From contig JAKIWG010000001.1 in assembly GCA_022750155.1 (NCBI GenBank), forward strand, positions 81,138 through 145,137: a stretch of DNA of 64,000 nucleotides, given 5' to 3'. Each line of letters starts with the position of its first letter. Position 1 is the stretch's first letter. Shown one piece after another: positions 9,771 to 19,000 of this stretch. The DNA is from Thermoplasmata archaeon (GTDB lineage Archaea > Thermoplasmatota > Thermoplasmata > Lutacidiplasmatales > UBA184). The notes under the pieces are model-generated. The model saw nothing but the letters and a program-made list of their open reading frames with translations, was not told the origin of the DNA and ran no database searches. Both the position numbers and the translations under genes were made by a program.

Positions 9771-10558
9771 ACGCCGCGAGGCGAACGGTCGGCGTCATCG
9801 GCGGGTCCGGGGTCTCCGAGCTGTTCGACGGAAAGGGCACCTTCCACCGGGTGGCGACCCCGTGGGGAGCTCCCTCCGGGCCGATCGAGGAGGGTCACGT
9901 GGGCGCCATGCGGGTCCTCTTCCTCGCGCGCCATGGTCCGGGTCACACCATCCCACCGCACCGCGTCAACTACCGCGCGAACATCGACGTCCTGCGGACC
10001 CTCGGTGCCGAGGCGATCCTCACGGTGAGCTCGGTGGGCTCGCTCCGGCCCGAGCTCCCACCGGGGTCGTTCGTCCTCCCTTCGCAGTTCATCGACTTCA
10101 CCAAGCAGCGTCCCACGACCTTCTTCGACGGCGGACGCGTCTATCACGTCTCGACGGCCGACCCGTTCTGTCCGGACCTGACGCGCCGTGCGGTCGCGAG
10201 CGGGGCCGCCACCGGCGTGACCTTCCACGATGGCAAGACCTACGTGTGCGTGGAGGGCCCCCGGTTCTCGACCCGCGCCGAGTCGAACTACTATCGAGGG
10301 TTCGCGGACGTGATCGGCATGACGCTCGTCCCGGAGGTGACCCTCGCGCGGGAGCGGGCGCTATGCTACCTGTGCCTCGCCATGGTCACCGATTTCGACG
10401 TCTGGGCCGACAAGCCGGTGGAGGCGAAGGAGATCGTCGAGACGATGCACCGCAACGCTCGCTCGATGCGCGCGATCCTCGAGCACCTCCTCCCGTCGCT
10501 CGGCGAGGGGCCCCCCGCGTGTTCGTGCGCCCACGCCCTCGATGAGGCCGCGCTCTAG
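9767..10558 (+). CDS. mtnP: S-methyl-5'-thioadenosine (or -inosine) phosphorylase
   Basis: GVIGGSG, FLARHG, VNYRANI, EGPRFSTRAES, GMTLVPE, VTDFD; GTG 9767 overlaps the translin TGA. Confidence 0.93.
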   Translation: MNAARRTVGVIGGSGVSELFDGKGTFHRVATPWGAPSGPIEEGHVGAMRVLFLARHGPGHTIPPHRVNYRANIDVLRTLGAEAILTVSSVGSLRPELPPGSFVLPSQFIDFTKQRPTTFFDGGRVYHVSTADPFCPDLTRRAVASGAATGVTFHDGKTYVCVEGPRFSTRAESNYYRGFADVIGMTLVPEVTLARERALCYLCLAMVTDFDVWADKPVEAKEIVETMHRNARSMRAILEHLLPSLGEGPPACSCAHALDEAAL

Positions 10559-10581
10559 TCGGTCGCGGTACGTCCGGGCGG

Positions 10582-10797
10582 CTATCGCGCGGCGCCGCGC
10601 CGAACGGTGATCGGGATCACGTTGGCGGCGAACTCGCGCTCGGCGATCTCCACCGGGTCGATGAGTCCGGCCGGGATATCGATGAGGATCGGCGCGCCGA
10701 GCGACACCTGCAGCGCCCTCGCCCCGAGGATGCGCGCCCGCTCGAACCGGGTGAATGTGGAAGAGGTCACCTTGGCACCCGAGGCCGTTCCGGTCAC
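10582..10797 (-). CDS. rpoK: DNA-directed RNA polymerase subunit K (Rpo6)
   Basis: [22 protein letters not shown]...IAERE...IPITVRR; start re-called to GTG 10797. Confidence 0.95.
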   Translation of the reverse strand: MTGTASGAKVTSSTFTRFERARILGARALQVSLGAPILIDIPAGLIDPVEIAEREFAANVIPITVRRGAAR

Positions 10798-10897
10798 TAG
10801 GACACCACTCGGGGCCGCGGAGAGCGAAGCGGCCGGCAAGGGGACGCGCACTCAACGCACTCTATTTACGCTTTGCTACGGAACGAACGACAGGGGC

Positions 10898-10920
10898 GGC
10901 TCCCGCGGCCCGAGGGAGCC
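10898..10920. terminator. Stem-loop between the PKD gene end and the rpoK promoter
   Basis: GGCTCCC-N9-GGGAGCC inverted repeat abutting the stop codon. Confidence 0.35.
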
Positions 10921-13616
10921 TACCGTCTCGGTGGGCCTTGTCCGCGCTCCCGCCGAACGAGCAGGAACCCCAACGCGACCGCCGCGGCGCAGAGCAGGGC
11001 CCCTTCGCCGAACGGGGTCAGCCAGGGCGGGACCGAAGCCGAGGAAACGGCTCCCGGGCTCCTCGGGCCCGAACTCGGGGTCCCGTTCCCGCCGACGACC
11101 ACGGAGGCGTTGACGGTGTTGGAGTGCCCGAACGGGTCCCGTACCGAGACCCCCACCACGAGCGTACCGGCGTGCGCCGGAATACATTCCAGCTCGGCCC
11201 CCCCGACGCTCGAACAGCCGGAGGGTGCGTTCCAGGCGAGGGAATACGCGCCCGCACCCCCCGAGGGGCTTGCCGTGAAGAACACCGGCGAATCGATCGC
11301 CGCGGTGGAGCTGGACGCCGAGAGGGTGACGGTGAGCGGTCCCCCGCCGGGGAGCACGGTGATGATCTGTTGCACCACCACGAGCCCCGGTCGCGTGTCG
11401 GTCACGACGAGGACGGCGGTGTAGTTTCCCGCTGCCAGGTACGTGTGACTGCTCCGAGGGCTGGCGGAGGACGTCCCGTCCCCGAACGACCACCAGTACG
11501 CGTAGCTCGGGAAGCCCCCTCCCGCGGCGGCGTTGAACCCCACCGTCAGCGGGGAGGCGCCCCAGGAGACGTTCGACGAGGCCGTGACACTGAGGGTCGA
11601 GGTGTGTACGGCGAACCCGCGGTTCTGTACGCCGACCGCGTCGGTGACCGTCACCTCGACCTCCACGGGGGCGCTCGAGGCGAAGGTGTGGGCGATCGTC
11701 GACTGATCTCCTCCCATTCCGCCGTCCCCGAAGTCCCACGCATACCGGTACGGGGCGATCCCCCCGGATACGGTGGCCGAGAAGTACACCGGCGCCCCCA
11801 CGGCCGCCGGTTCCGGGGACATGGCGATCACCGGGGCGAGGAGCGATGGAGCGACCGCGAGCTCGACGGACGAGGTCTGTTGGTTCCCGTCGGACCCGGT
11901 CAGGGTCACCTGCACGCCGTACGCACCAGGCTTGACGAAGGTATGCGTGACATTCGGCCCGTTTGCCGAGGTGCCGTCGCCGAACGACCACGTCACCTGG
12001 ATCGGGGGAATCCCCCCGGAGACCCGGTCGGAGAATGCGACGGGCCGCCCGGCCTCTGCCGGGTCGGGGCGTATCACCAGCACACCGGACTGAACCGGGA
12101 CCACGGAAATCCGCACCTTCCCGAATGCGGAGTGGTTGCTCGAATCCCGGATCGTCAGAGAGACCGTGTAGTTCCGTGCGGCGTAGAAAGCCTCCGAGGG
12201 CATCGCCGCGGTCGAGTGGTTTCCGTCCCCGAACGACCACGCGTAGGCCATCGGGGGCGTCCCGCCTTGGAACGTGGCGTGGAACGTGACGGGTAGGCCC
12301 GGGGTCACCGTCGGGAGGGAGGCGATGAGCTGCAGCCCGACGGGAGGGGGTGTGGCGCTCCAGATCCAGGTGGTGTTGTCCCGACCGGGAGGCGGCGCAC
12401 CGCCGTTTCCGTCGCCCTGGAAGCAAAGCACCCCCGGGGCGGCTGCGTCGTAGGCCATCGAGGCCAGCCCCTGTCGGGGTGGGGCGTTCGGGGTGGGGAC
12501 GGGCCACCACTTTCCCAGGGCGAAGAGCCACGTGTCGGCGAGGGCGTACAAGGTGGAGGGGAAGCAGAAGGCCTGGCAGTCCCAGTAGATTCCGCCGAAC
12601 ATCAGCACGTAGCCCTTGGTCCGGTCGTCCACGAGGGTCGCGTGGTCGCGGCAGGGCGGATGGTTCCGCTGGGAGACGTTGAGCAACGTCCACGTGGCGT
12701 TCGTCAGGGTCCAGGTCTCGCAATCGGGTTCCGGGATCCCATTGGCCGTGGGCGAGGTCCCCCCGAACAGCACGAGCTCGCCGTCGCGGATGTCGTAGGT
12801 CATCGCGGGTTCCCCGTCCCCTCCGGACCCGGACCGGAGCGGGGTCGTCCCCGTTTCCCAGCAGTCGCTGTAGTTGGTGGGGGGTCCGCTGCAGACGGGA
12901 CTCCACGTGGTTCCCGCCAGGGTCCACACCGAGCCCCCGGGGTTCTCGTCCAGTCCCCCATCGAACAGCACGGTCGCCCGAAGTTGGGCGTCATAGGAGA
13001 GCTTGACCTCCTGCCCGAAACGGAACGAGGCGCAGAGGGCGGCGCAGGTGGTGGTGAGCCGGGTCCAGTTGCCCCGGTGGAACTCCCATGTGCTTTGGGG
13101 CCCGCCCACCGCCACGACGTAGCCGTCCCAAGCATCGTAGGTCATCGCGACCCCCTGAGATCCGGGTTCGGAGCTGGAGGGTCCCTCGCCGGCCCCGGTG
13201 CTGATGTTCTTCCAGGCCCCATTGGCGAAACGCCACGTCGCCTGCGTTTGGAATGGGCCGTTGGTTTCGTTCGGGCGGTACCCCAAGATGTAGTGGTCAG
13301 CGGTGTCGTTGACGATCAGGGTTCCGGCCGGCGGGGTCACCCCTGTGGTCAGGTTCGTCCAGAAGGGAGCATGGGCTCCGAGAGCGGGGGGCGGACCGGG
13401 GGACACGGGGGGTGGTCGTGGGGTGCCGGGCACGGCCCCCGCCGACTCTCCGGATGCCACCGCCACGGACGGGGCGAGCAGCAGCACGACCACCGAAACG
13501 GCCAGCACGATCGCGGACGAGCGCGGCGGGGATCGCCAAGGCCCGTGGTCGAGTCCGCCCGGCCCGGTGACCAGGGATCGACCGGCGTCCGGAAGGCGGT
13601 GCACCAACTTCTCCAT
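10920..13616 (-). CDS. Membrane-anchored surface protein: Kelch-like propeller + multiple PKD domains
   Basis: Signal-like hydrophobic segment, MTYD..DG.(L)VLFGG..TW repeats, four Y.W.FGDG-type PKD repeats, C-terminal TM followed by RR; start re-called to ATG 13616. Confidence 0.85.
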   Translation of the reverse strand: MEKLVHRLPDAGRSLVTGPGGLDHGPWRSPPRSSAIVLAVSVVVLLLAPSVAVASGESAGAVPGTPRPPPVSPGPPPALGAHAPFWTNLTTGVTPPAGTLIVNDTADHYILGYRPNETNGPFQTQATWRFANGAWKNISTGAGEGPSSSEPGSQGVAMTYDAWDGYVVAVGGPQSTWEFHRGNWTRLTTTCAALCASFRFGQEVKLSYDAQLRATVLFDGGLDENPGGSVWTLAGTTWSPVCSGPPTNYSDCWETGTTPLRSGSGGDGEPAMTYDIRDGELVLFGGTSPTANGIPEPDCETWTLTNATWTLLNVSQRNHPPCRDHATLVDDRTKGYVLMFGGIYWDCQAFCFPSTLYALADTWLFALGKWWPVPTPNAPPRQGLASMAYDAAAPGVLCFQGDGNGGAPPPGRDNTTWIWSATPPPVGLQLIASLPTVTPGLPVTFHATFQGGTPPMAYAWSFGDGNHSTAAMPSEAFYAARNYTVSLTIRDSSNHSAFGKVRISVVPVQSGVLVIRPDPAEAGRPVAFSDRVSGGIPPIQVTWSFGDGTSANGPNVTHTFVKPGAYGVQVTLTGSDGNQQTSSVELAVAPSLLAPVIAMSPEPAAVGAPVYFSATVSGGIAPYRYAWDFGDGGMGGDQSTIAHTFASSAPVEVEVTVTDAVGVQNRGFAVHTSTLSVTASSNVSWGASPLTVGFNAAAGGGFPSYAYWWSFGDGTSSASPRSSHTYLAAGNYTAVLVVTDTRPGLVVVQQIITVLPGGGPLTVTLSASSSTAAIDSPVFFTASPSGGAGAYSLAWNAPSGCSSVGGAELECIPAHAGTLVVGVSVRDPFGHSNTVNASVVVGGNGTPSSGPRSPGAVSSASVPPWLTPFGEGALLCAAAVALGFLLVRRERGQGPPRR

Positions 13617-13789
13617 CGAGGGGGCCGCGGAGAGGCCGCGGACGTAATTCAGATGTTGGATGCGTTCTCGCGGGAGGCCGAACCCCGCCGGAGACCCGCG
13701 AGCGGGGGGAACAGGGTAGAGCTCCCCTCCGGGAGGACGGGGCGGGACCCAGGGCGAACTCTTCTTTCCCACGCCCTCCCCCGCCTCGC

Positions 13790-15076
13790 ATGATCGACGC
13801 TCGGGGGTGGGCCGCCCTCGCCCTCTTCGTCTCCGCGTACGCGCTGTTCGCGGTCCGCGAGCACTGGCGGGTCCCGGTGGGGGCGGTCGCCGCGGCGATC
13901 GCACTCGGCAGCGGCCTCGTCCCCCTGTCCTCCCTTCGCCCCACCTCGTTCAGCGGTCAAGGGGGGGTCGTCGAGTGGAACTCCATCGGGCTGTTGGTGG
14001 GCCTCTTCCTGTTCGCGGGGCTGCTCCACGAGCTCGGCGTGTTCCGGTACGCCGCCCTGCGGATCGCCGGACGGTTCGAGTCCCGGCCGATACGGCTCTA
14101 CGTGGTCCTGACGGTCCTCGCCTTTGGCCTCTCGGCCGTGGTCAACTCGATCTCTGTCGTCCTGGTCCTCGCCCCGCTGACCCTGGAGGTCGCCCGAGCC
14201 CTCGGACGCAATCCGATCCCGTACGTCATCGCCGAGATCTCCGCGTCCAACGCCGGCGGCGCTGCGACCTTCGTCGGGGACCTGCCGAACGTGATCCTGG
14301 GGACGTACTTCCAGCTGGGGTTCGTCGACTTTCTCGAATTCACCTCGCTCCCGGCGATCGCCGCCCTCGCGGTGATCCTCCTGTGGTTCCGCCGGGGGCT
14401 GGGCGATGCCCCGGAGATCGCCCATCCACCCCCGCTCGACCCTCCCCGCTCCGCGATCCGTGAACCGAACCGGGCAGTCGGCTCCGTGGTCGTATTCGGC
14501 GGGGTGCTCGTCGTCCTGAGCGCCCAGGCCCCCCTAGGGATCCCCGTGTGGCTGGTGGGGGTCGCCGGCGGGATCCTCGCCCTCGCTCTCGCCGGGCCCC
14601 GTCTGGTGAAGGCGGTGCTCGCCCGGTTCGACTGGCAGACCGTGGCATTCTTCCTGTGCCTGTTCATCCTCGTCGGTGCCTTGGTGGCCACGGGCGACAT
14701 CGACGCCCTCGCCCAGCAGATCGGCGGGTGGGGCGGCGGGAACCTGCTCCTCACGGGCACGATCCTGCTCTGGACCCTCGGGCTCCTCTCCACCGTGGTG
14801 AACAACATCCCCCTGGCGGCCGCCGCGGCCCCGTTGATCGCCGCCCTCAGCGGGAACACCGGCATGGCGGCCCGGCCGCTTGTCTGGGCCGCGGCGATCG
14901 GCTCGGACATCGGCGGCAACGGCACTCCCATCGGGGCGTCGGCCAACATCGTCGGCCTCGCCGCGGCATCGAAGGCGGGCACCCCGATCACCTGGTCCCG
15001 ATACGTCCGTACGGCCTTCCCCGCGATGCTGCTGTCGCTGGCCGCGGCCAACCTCGTCTGGCTGTTCGTCCACTGA
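13790..15076 (+). CDS. ArsB/NhaD/SLC13 family ion transporter
   Basis: Multiple TM segments; SNAGGAATFVGDLPN and DIGGNGTPIGASAN motifs. Confidence 0.88.
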   Translation: MIDARGWAALALFVSAYALFAVREHWRVPVGAVAAAIALGSGLVPLSSLRPTSFSGQGGVVEWNSIGLLVGLFLFAGLLHELGVFRYAALRIAGRFESRPIRLYVVLTVLAFGLSAVVNSISVVLVLAPLTLEVARALGRNPIPYVIAEISASNAGGAATFVGDLPNVILGTYFQLGFVDFLEFTSLPAIAALAVILLWFRRGLGDAPEIAHPPPLDPPRSAIREPNRAVGSVVVFGGVLVVLSAQAPLGIPVWLVGVAGGILALALAGPRLVKAVLARFDWQTVAFFLCLFILVGALVATGDIDALAQQIGGWGGGNLLLTGTILLWTLGLLSTVVNNIPLAAAAAPLIAALSGNTGMAARPLVWAAAIGSDIGGNGTPIGASANIVGLAAASKAGTPITWSRYVRTAFPAMLLSLAAANLVWLFVH

Positions 15077-15089
15077 CGGGGGGCGCGGG

Positions 15090-15962
15090 TCAGTCCCCGG
15101 TCACATCGACGAGGAACTCACGGATGGTCTTGAGCGACTCCGTCGGCTGCTCGTGGATGGCGAGGTGGCTGGCCCGGGGCAGGACCCGCAGGTGGGCCGG
15201 GACGATGCGGTCCGCCATCTCGCGGGAGGCCTCGAGGAGGGAGTCGTATCGCCCGACCATGACGAGGGTGGGCACCTCGATCTTCGAGTAGTACTTTCGC
15301 CCGTCCCATCGGGCCATCGTCCCGTCGACCAGGAACTCGTCCCCGGTGCGGGTCATGATGGCTCGGTAGACGTCCAGGCTCAGCTTCGAGGACCGGAGCT
15401 CCTTCGGACGCTGCGAGAGAAAGCGCCGCTGGAACGGGGCCGCCATCGCATCGGTCAGGTCGGCGTACTCCTTCGTGTCGAACGCCTTCGCCTTCTCGAG
15501 CTGGGCCAGCCTTCGACGCTGCCTCGCCGAGGCGGCCGAGCGGATCATCCGGTTCGCCTGGCGGACCTCCTCCGCGCTGCCGGCGGTGGCGACGAGGAGG
15601 AGCGAGGTCAGGTGGCGTTGGTAGCGGTGGGCGTACTCGAGCGCCACGAACCCCCCCGCGGAGAACCCCAGCAGGTGGAGCTCGTCGATGTCGAGGGCGC
15701 TCCGCAGCGCGTCGACGTCCTCGGCCATGTTCGAGATCGTGTAGGCCGACGCCCGCGCGGGGGACCACGACCTTCCCACCCCCCGGGGGTTGAACAGGAC
15801 GACGCGCAGGTGGGCGTGGGCGAGCCGAAGGAGCGGCCGGAGGTATTCGTAGGTCAGTCCCGGGCCACCGGGGTGGACGAGCAGCGTCGCCGGTCCCCTC
15901 CCCCTCGACACGTACTCGAAGGACCGACGGCCGGCGACCGTCACCCGGGAGGCTCTCGGCAT
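15090..15962 (-). CDS. Proline iminopeptidase-like alpha/beta hydrolase (tricorn factor F1-like)
   Basis: HPGGPG, GFSAGG nucleophile elbow, GRYD, ASHLAIHEQP; start re-called to ATG 15962. Confidence 0.85.
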   Translation of the reverse strand: MPRASRVTVAGRRSFEYVSRGRGPATLLVHPGGPGLTYEYLRPLLRLAHAHLRVVLFNPRGVGRSWSPARASAYTISNMAEDVDALRSALDIDELHLLGFSAGGFVALEYAHRYQRHLTSLLLVATAGSAEEVRQANRMIRSAASARQRRRLAQLEKAKAFDTKEYADLTDAMAAPFQRRFLSQRPKELRSSKLSLDVYRAIMTRTGDEFLVDGTMARWDGRKYYSKIEVPTLVMVGRYDSLLEASREMADRIVPAHLRVLPRASHLAIHEQPTESLKTIREFLVDVTGD

Positions 15963-16043
15963 GGTCGGGGGATTGATTGGGGGGGATAAACCCCCCGCTC
16001 CCCCGAGTGAAAACGGGACCGACGGTCGCCGAGAAAGGGGAGG

Positions 16044-16117
16044 TGCGGGCACCGGGATTTGAACCCGGGTTGCAGACTTGGCAAGCCTGCGTGATAACCA
16101 GACTACACTATGCCCGC
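16044..16117 (-). tRNA. tRNA-Gly (GCC)
   Basis: Reverse complement GCGGGCA TAGTGTAGTCTGGTTATCAC G CAGGC TTGCCAA GTCTG CAAC CCGGG TTCAAAT CCCGG TGCCCGC A; full cloverleaf, no intron; TTTATAT box at about 16167-16173. Confidence 0.97.
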
Positions 16118-16304
16118 GCGCGCTTCCTTCGGCGTCCGAAGGCGGTCCGCGCCACCTGCTCCCGAAATATAAAGAGGAGCGAAACCGCGGCCGCGTCCTC
16201 CGTGCTCTGGCCCCGGGCCCGGCACGAGGGACGGCGGCTTCGGTTATAATCGGCCGTCCGCTCGGCACGCCGGTGTCCGACGATCCGCCCGGCCCCAGGC
16301 TCCT

Positions 16305-17081
16305 GTGAGCGGAACGGCACCGCTCGCAGAAGGGGAGCGGGTGCTGCTTCGGCGGCGGGAGGGCGACACGTTCCTTCTGAAGCTCGCGAACGGCCCGATG
16401 GCCGTGGAGGGGAGGGGGGTGGTCGACCTCGGGGAAGTGATCGGCCAGCCCCCGGGTCGGACGGTCCGCTGGGCCGGGTCGGAGTACCGGGTCCTGCGCC
16501 CGTCCCTCTCCGACCTGATCGGCCACCTGCGGCGCAAGGCCCAGATCGTGACCCCCAAGGATTCGGCCCAGCTGGTGGCGATGGCCGGGATCGCGCCGGG
16601 AGACCGAGTGGCGGAGGCCGGCGCCGGCAGTGGGGCCCTCACGGTGGTCCTCGCGTACACCGTCGGAGCCGAGGGTCGGGTCTATTCGTTCGACCGGCGG
16701 GCGGAGTTCCTGGACGTGGCCCGGCGGAACGTCGGGCTCACCGGTCTCGAGTCGAGGGTCGAGTTCCAGGAACGGGACGTGGGGGAGGATGGGTTTCCCC
16801 AGAGGGAACTCGACGCCATCCTGCTGGACGTTCCCGAGCCCTGGTCCGTCGCCGGGCACGCGCTATCGGCGCTCCGACCCGGGGGGTACCTTGCCACCTA
16901 CACCCCGACGTATAACCAGCTGGAGCGGACCGTGAAAGCACTGCGAGCCGCGCGGTTCGAGGAGGTGCGGAGCGTGGAGATCCTCGAGCGCTCCCTCCAC
17001 GTCGGGGAGGGGGGAACCCGGCCGGAGTTCGACATGCTCGGGCACACCGCGTTCCTGACGGCCGCACGTCGGGTGGAGTGA
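16305..17081 (+). CDS. trmI: tRNA (adenine-N1)-methyltransferase (m1A57/58)
   Basis: AQIVTPKD, EAGAGSGALT, LDVPEPW, TRP...GHTAFLT. Confidence 0.93.
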   Translation: MSGTAPLAEGERVLLRRREGDTFLLKLANGPMAVEGRGVVDLGEVIGQPPGRTVRWAGSEYRVLRPSLSDLIGHLRRKAQIVTPKDSAQLVAMAGIAPGDRVAEAGAGSGALTVVLAYTVGAEGRVYSFDRRAEFLDVARRNVGLTGLESRVEFQERDVGEDGFPQRELDAILLDVPEPWSVAGHALSALRPGGYLATYTPTYNQLERTVKALRAARFEEVRSVEILERSLHVGEGGTRPEFDMLGHTAFLTAARRVE

Positions 17082-17842
17082 ACATGGTCTACACGCCACT
17101 CGCCACCGGGGCGACGGCGGCGGCGCTGCTCGTCGGGGCCTACCTGTACTTCGAGATCGGGGCGTTCGCATCCCCTCAGGTCCCGCGGACGCTCTTCAAC
17201 GAGAAGAAGCTCGGCTGGGGGCTCATCGCCGGGCTCGCCGTCGGAAGCCCGCTCTCGGTCGTCCTCATCGTCCTGTTCAGCTCGTTCGAGGGAGGCTACC
17301 TCGTCTCGGTCCTCCTCGAGATCGTCCTACTGGTCGGCCTCACGGAGTTGGCCCAGTGGTTGCTGCTACGTTCGGTCTACTTCGGCACCGACCGTTCCGG
17401 CCCGTTCTACGCGCTGGCGCTCCGATCCGGGATCGCGGCGATCCTGATCCTCGCCGCGGTCACCCGATATTTCGGCGGGCCATCGGTCGATGTCCTGGGA
17501 GCGGGGCTCGTCGTCAGCCAGGCGATCGCGATCCTGTCGGTGGAGGTCGCAGGGGGGCTGCTATCGATCCCCGCACCTCCGAACAGCCGGCGCGTGGGCG
17601 GGGGGCCGCTCTCCGGCGGGTTGATCGGGGGGGTGGGGTTCTTCCTGCTCGGCCTTGGGCTGTTCCTCGGCTCGGAGTTCGGCATTGCGGCGGCCGCGCT
17701 CGCCGCCCTAGGGGGGCTCTTCGTCTACCAACGACTGCGACGGCCGACGCTGTCGCGAATCAAGCCTCCCGAACCCCCCGAGGAATCGAAGGAGGACCCC
17801 ACGCCCGAGTCGGGCTCCGGGTTCGGTCGGACCGACCGGTGA
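17078..17842 (+). CDS. Polytopic membrane protein of unknown function
   Basis: About 7 hydrophobic segments; GTGA coupling to trmI. Confidence 0.75.
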   Translation: MNMVYTPLATGATAAALLVGAYLYFEIGAFASPQVPRTLFNEKKLGWGLIAGLAVGSPLSVVLIVLFSSFEGGYLVSVLLEIVLLVGLTELAQWLLLRSVYFGTDRSGPFYALALRSGIAAILILAAVTRYFGGPSVDVLGAGLVVSQAIAILSVEVAGGLLSIPAPPNSRRVGGGPLSGGLIGGVGFFLLGLGLFLGSEFGIAAAALAALGGLFVYQRLRRPTLSRIKPPEPPEESKEDPTPESGSGFGRTDR

Positions 17843-17901
17843 GGGGGCGGGGCGGGAAGGGAAGGGGGAAATGGTTGGGTAACGCCGAGCCTCCCGAGCG
17901 C

Positions 17902-18381
17902 CTAGGGCGGTAGGGGGAACGGGGCCGGCGAGGCGTTGACCGTCGCCAGGAGCCACATCAGCAGGACGACGCTGATGAAGAACAGCAGCCCGTTGAACCG
18001 GTGGCTGGCGAGGTACGCCGCGGCGTCCTCACCGGCGGCCGGCTTGGTTCCCCAATGCAGCTTGATCCCCGCACCCGCCGCGAACCCGGAAAGGCCCAGG
18101 ACGACGAGGATCTTCCCTGCGATGATCGCATTCAGCACCCCTGTGGCGAACCCGGTATTCGTGCCCGTACAGCTCCCCGCGTTGCTGACGCAACCGCCGG
18201 GGATCGACGCGAACGCGACGACGATGATGATCCCGACGAAGAATAGCACGAATCCGATGATCTTGGCAAGGGTCCCCAGCATCGCCCACGGGATGGGGCG
18301 CCCGGCCATGGGGGCCGCGGGCATGGGGGTCCAGGTCGGCGGTGGAGGCGCGGCGGCGACAGCTGGCGGAGCGTCCGGCAT
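17902..18381 (-). CDS. Small membrane protein (Pro-rich N-terminus, 3 TM, Cys pair in loop)
   Basis: Three hydrophobic helices; GGCVSNAGSCTG loop; TTATGA box about 25 nt upstream. Confidence 0.7.
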   Translation of the reverse strand: MPDAPPAVAAAPPPPTWTPMPAAPMAGRPIPWAMLGTLAKIIGFVLFFVGIIIVVAFASIPGGCVSNAGSCTGTNTGFATGVLNAIIAGKILVVLGLSGFAAGAGIKLHWGTKPAAGEDAAAYLASHRFNGLLFFISVVLLMWLLATVNASPAPFPLPP

Positions 18382-18507
18382 AGTCGGGTATCCGCGGATT
18401 CAGGTCATAATCCTATCCCTCGGAGGGAACGGTGGCGCTGCGGGGGTTCGGGACGCGCGCGCCGCCCTCCATAGCTTGATAAGTGGCCCGCCCTCCGGCC
18501 CGTCCGG

Positions 18508-18957
18508 ATGGCCGACGAGCCGGAGAGGCCCCCGTTCGAACGGCTCGCGCGCCGCCTCCGGATCTTCCTTCGCACCCAGCGGTTCATCATCTCCATCTTC
18601 GTCCTCGCCATCGGGGTCCTGTTCGATGTCCTGGCATTCGGTGCATTCACTCCATTGCAGAGCACCCCCCCGTTCCCGACGTTGAACTCGGCGGCCGGAG
18701 GGCCGGGGGCGACGAGTGGTGGCTGGAACTACACCCTCACCTACCCGCTCCTCGGGGTCATCCTCACCATCGTGGGAGCCTACCTCGTTGGGGCGTACTA
18801 TGTCGCCCGGAAGCGGTTCGAGCACCTGATGCTCACCAAGAGCAAGGCGGAGTTCCTCCGGAACATTCCCGAGCTCGAGGACCTGCTCTGGGACCTCACC
18901 CCGAACGACGAGGTCCGCTACGCCGACAAGCGGGCCGAACTGCGGGTCCGCCGCTGA
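18508..18957 (+). CDS. DUF3198-like membrane protein
   Basis: 2 TM followed by F..LM.T.SKAEF.RN..ELE.L...L helical tail resembling Thermoplasmata DUF3198; TTGATAA box upstream. Confidence 0.65.
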   Translation: MADEPERPPFERLARRLRIFLRTQRFIISIFVLAIGVLFDVLAFGAFTPLQSTPPFPTLNSAAGGPGATSGGWNYTLTYPLLGVILTIVGAYLVGAYYVARKRFEHLMLTKSKAEFLRNIPELEDLLWDLTPNDEVRYADKRAELRVRR

Positions 18958-19000
18958 TCCATCGGGCGTCGGTTAAGTATCGACCCCCCGTGCGACGGCG

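Noticed and set aside
15963..16240. tRNA-Gly as an integration site, and the imperfect hairpin at about 16190-16238
   Set aside because: No integrase, duplicated tRNA 3' end or compositional shift seen; the hairpin lies between two promoters and has no other support.
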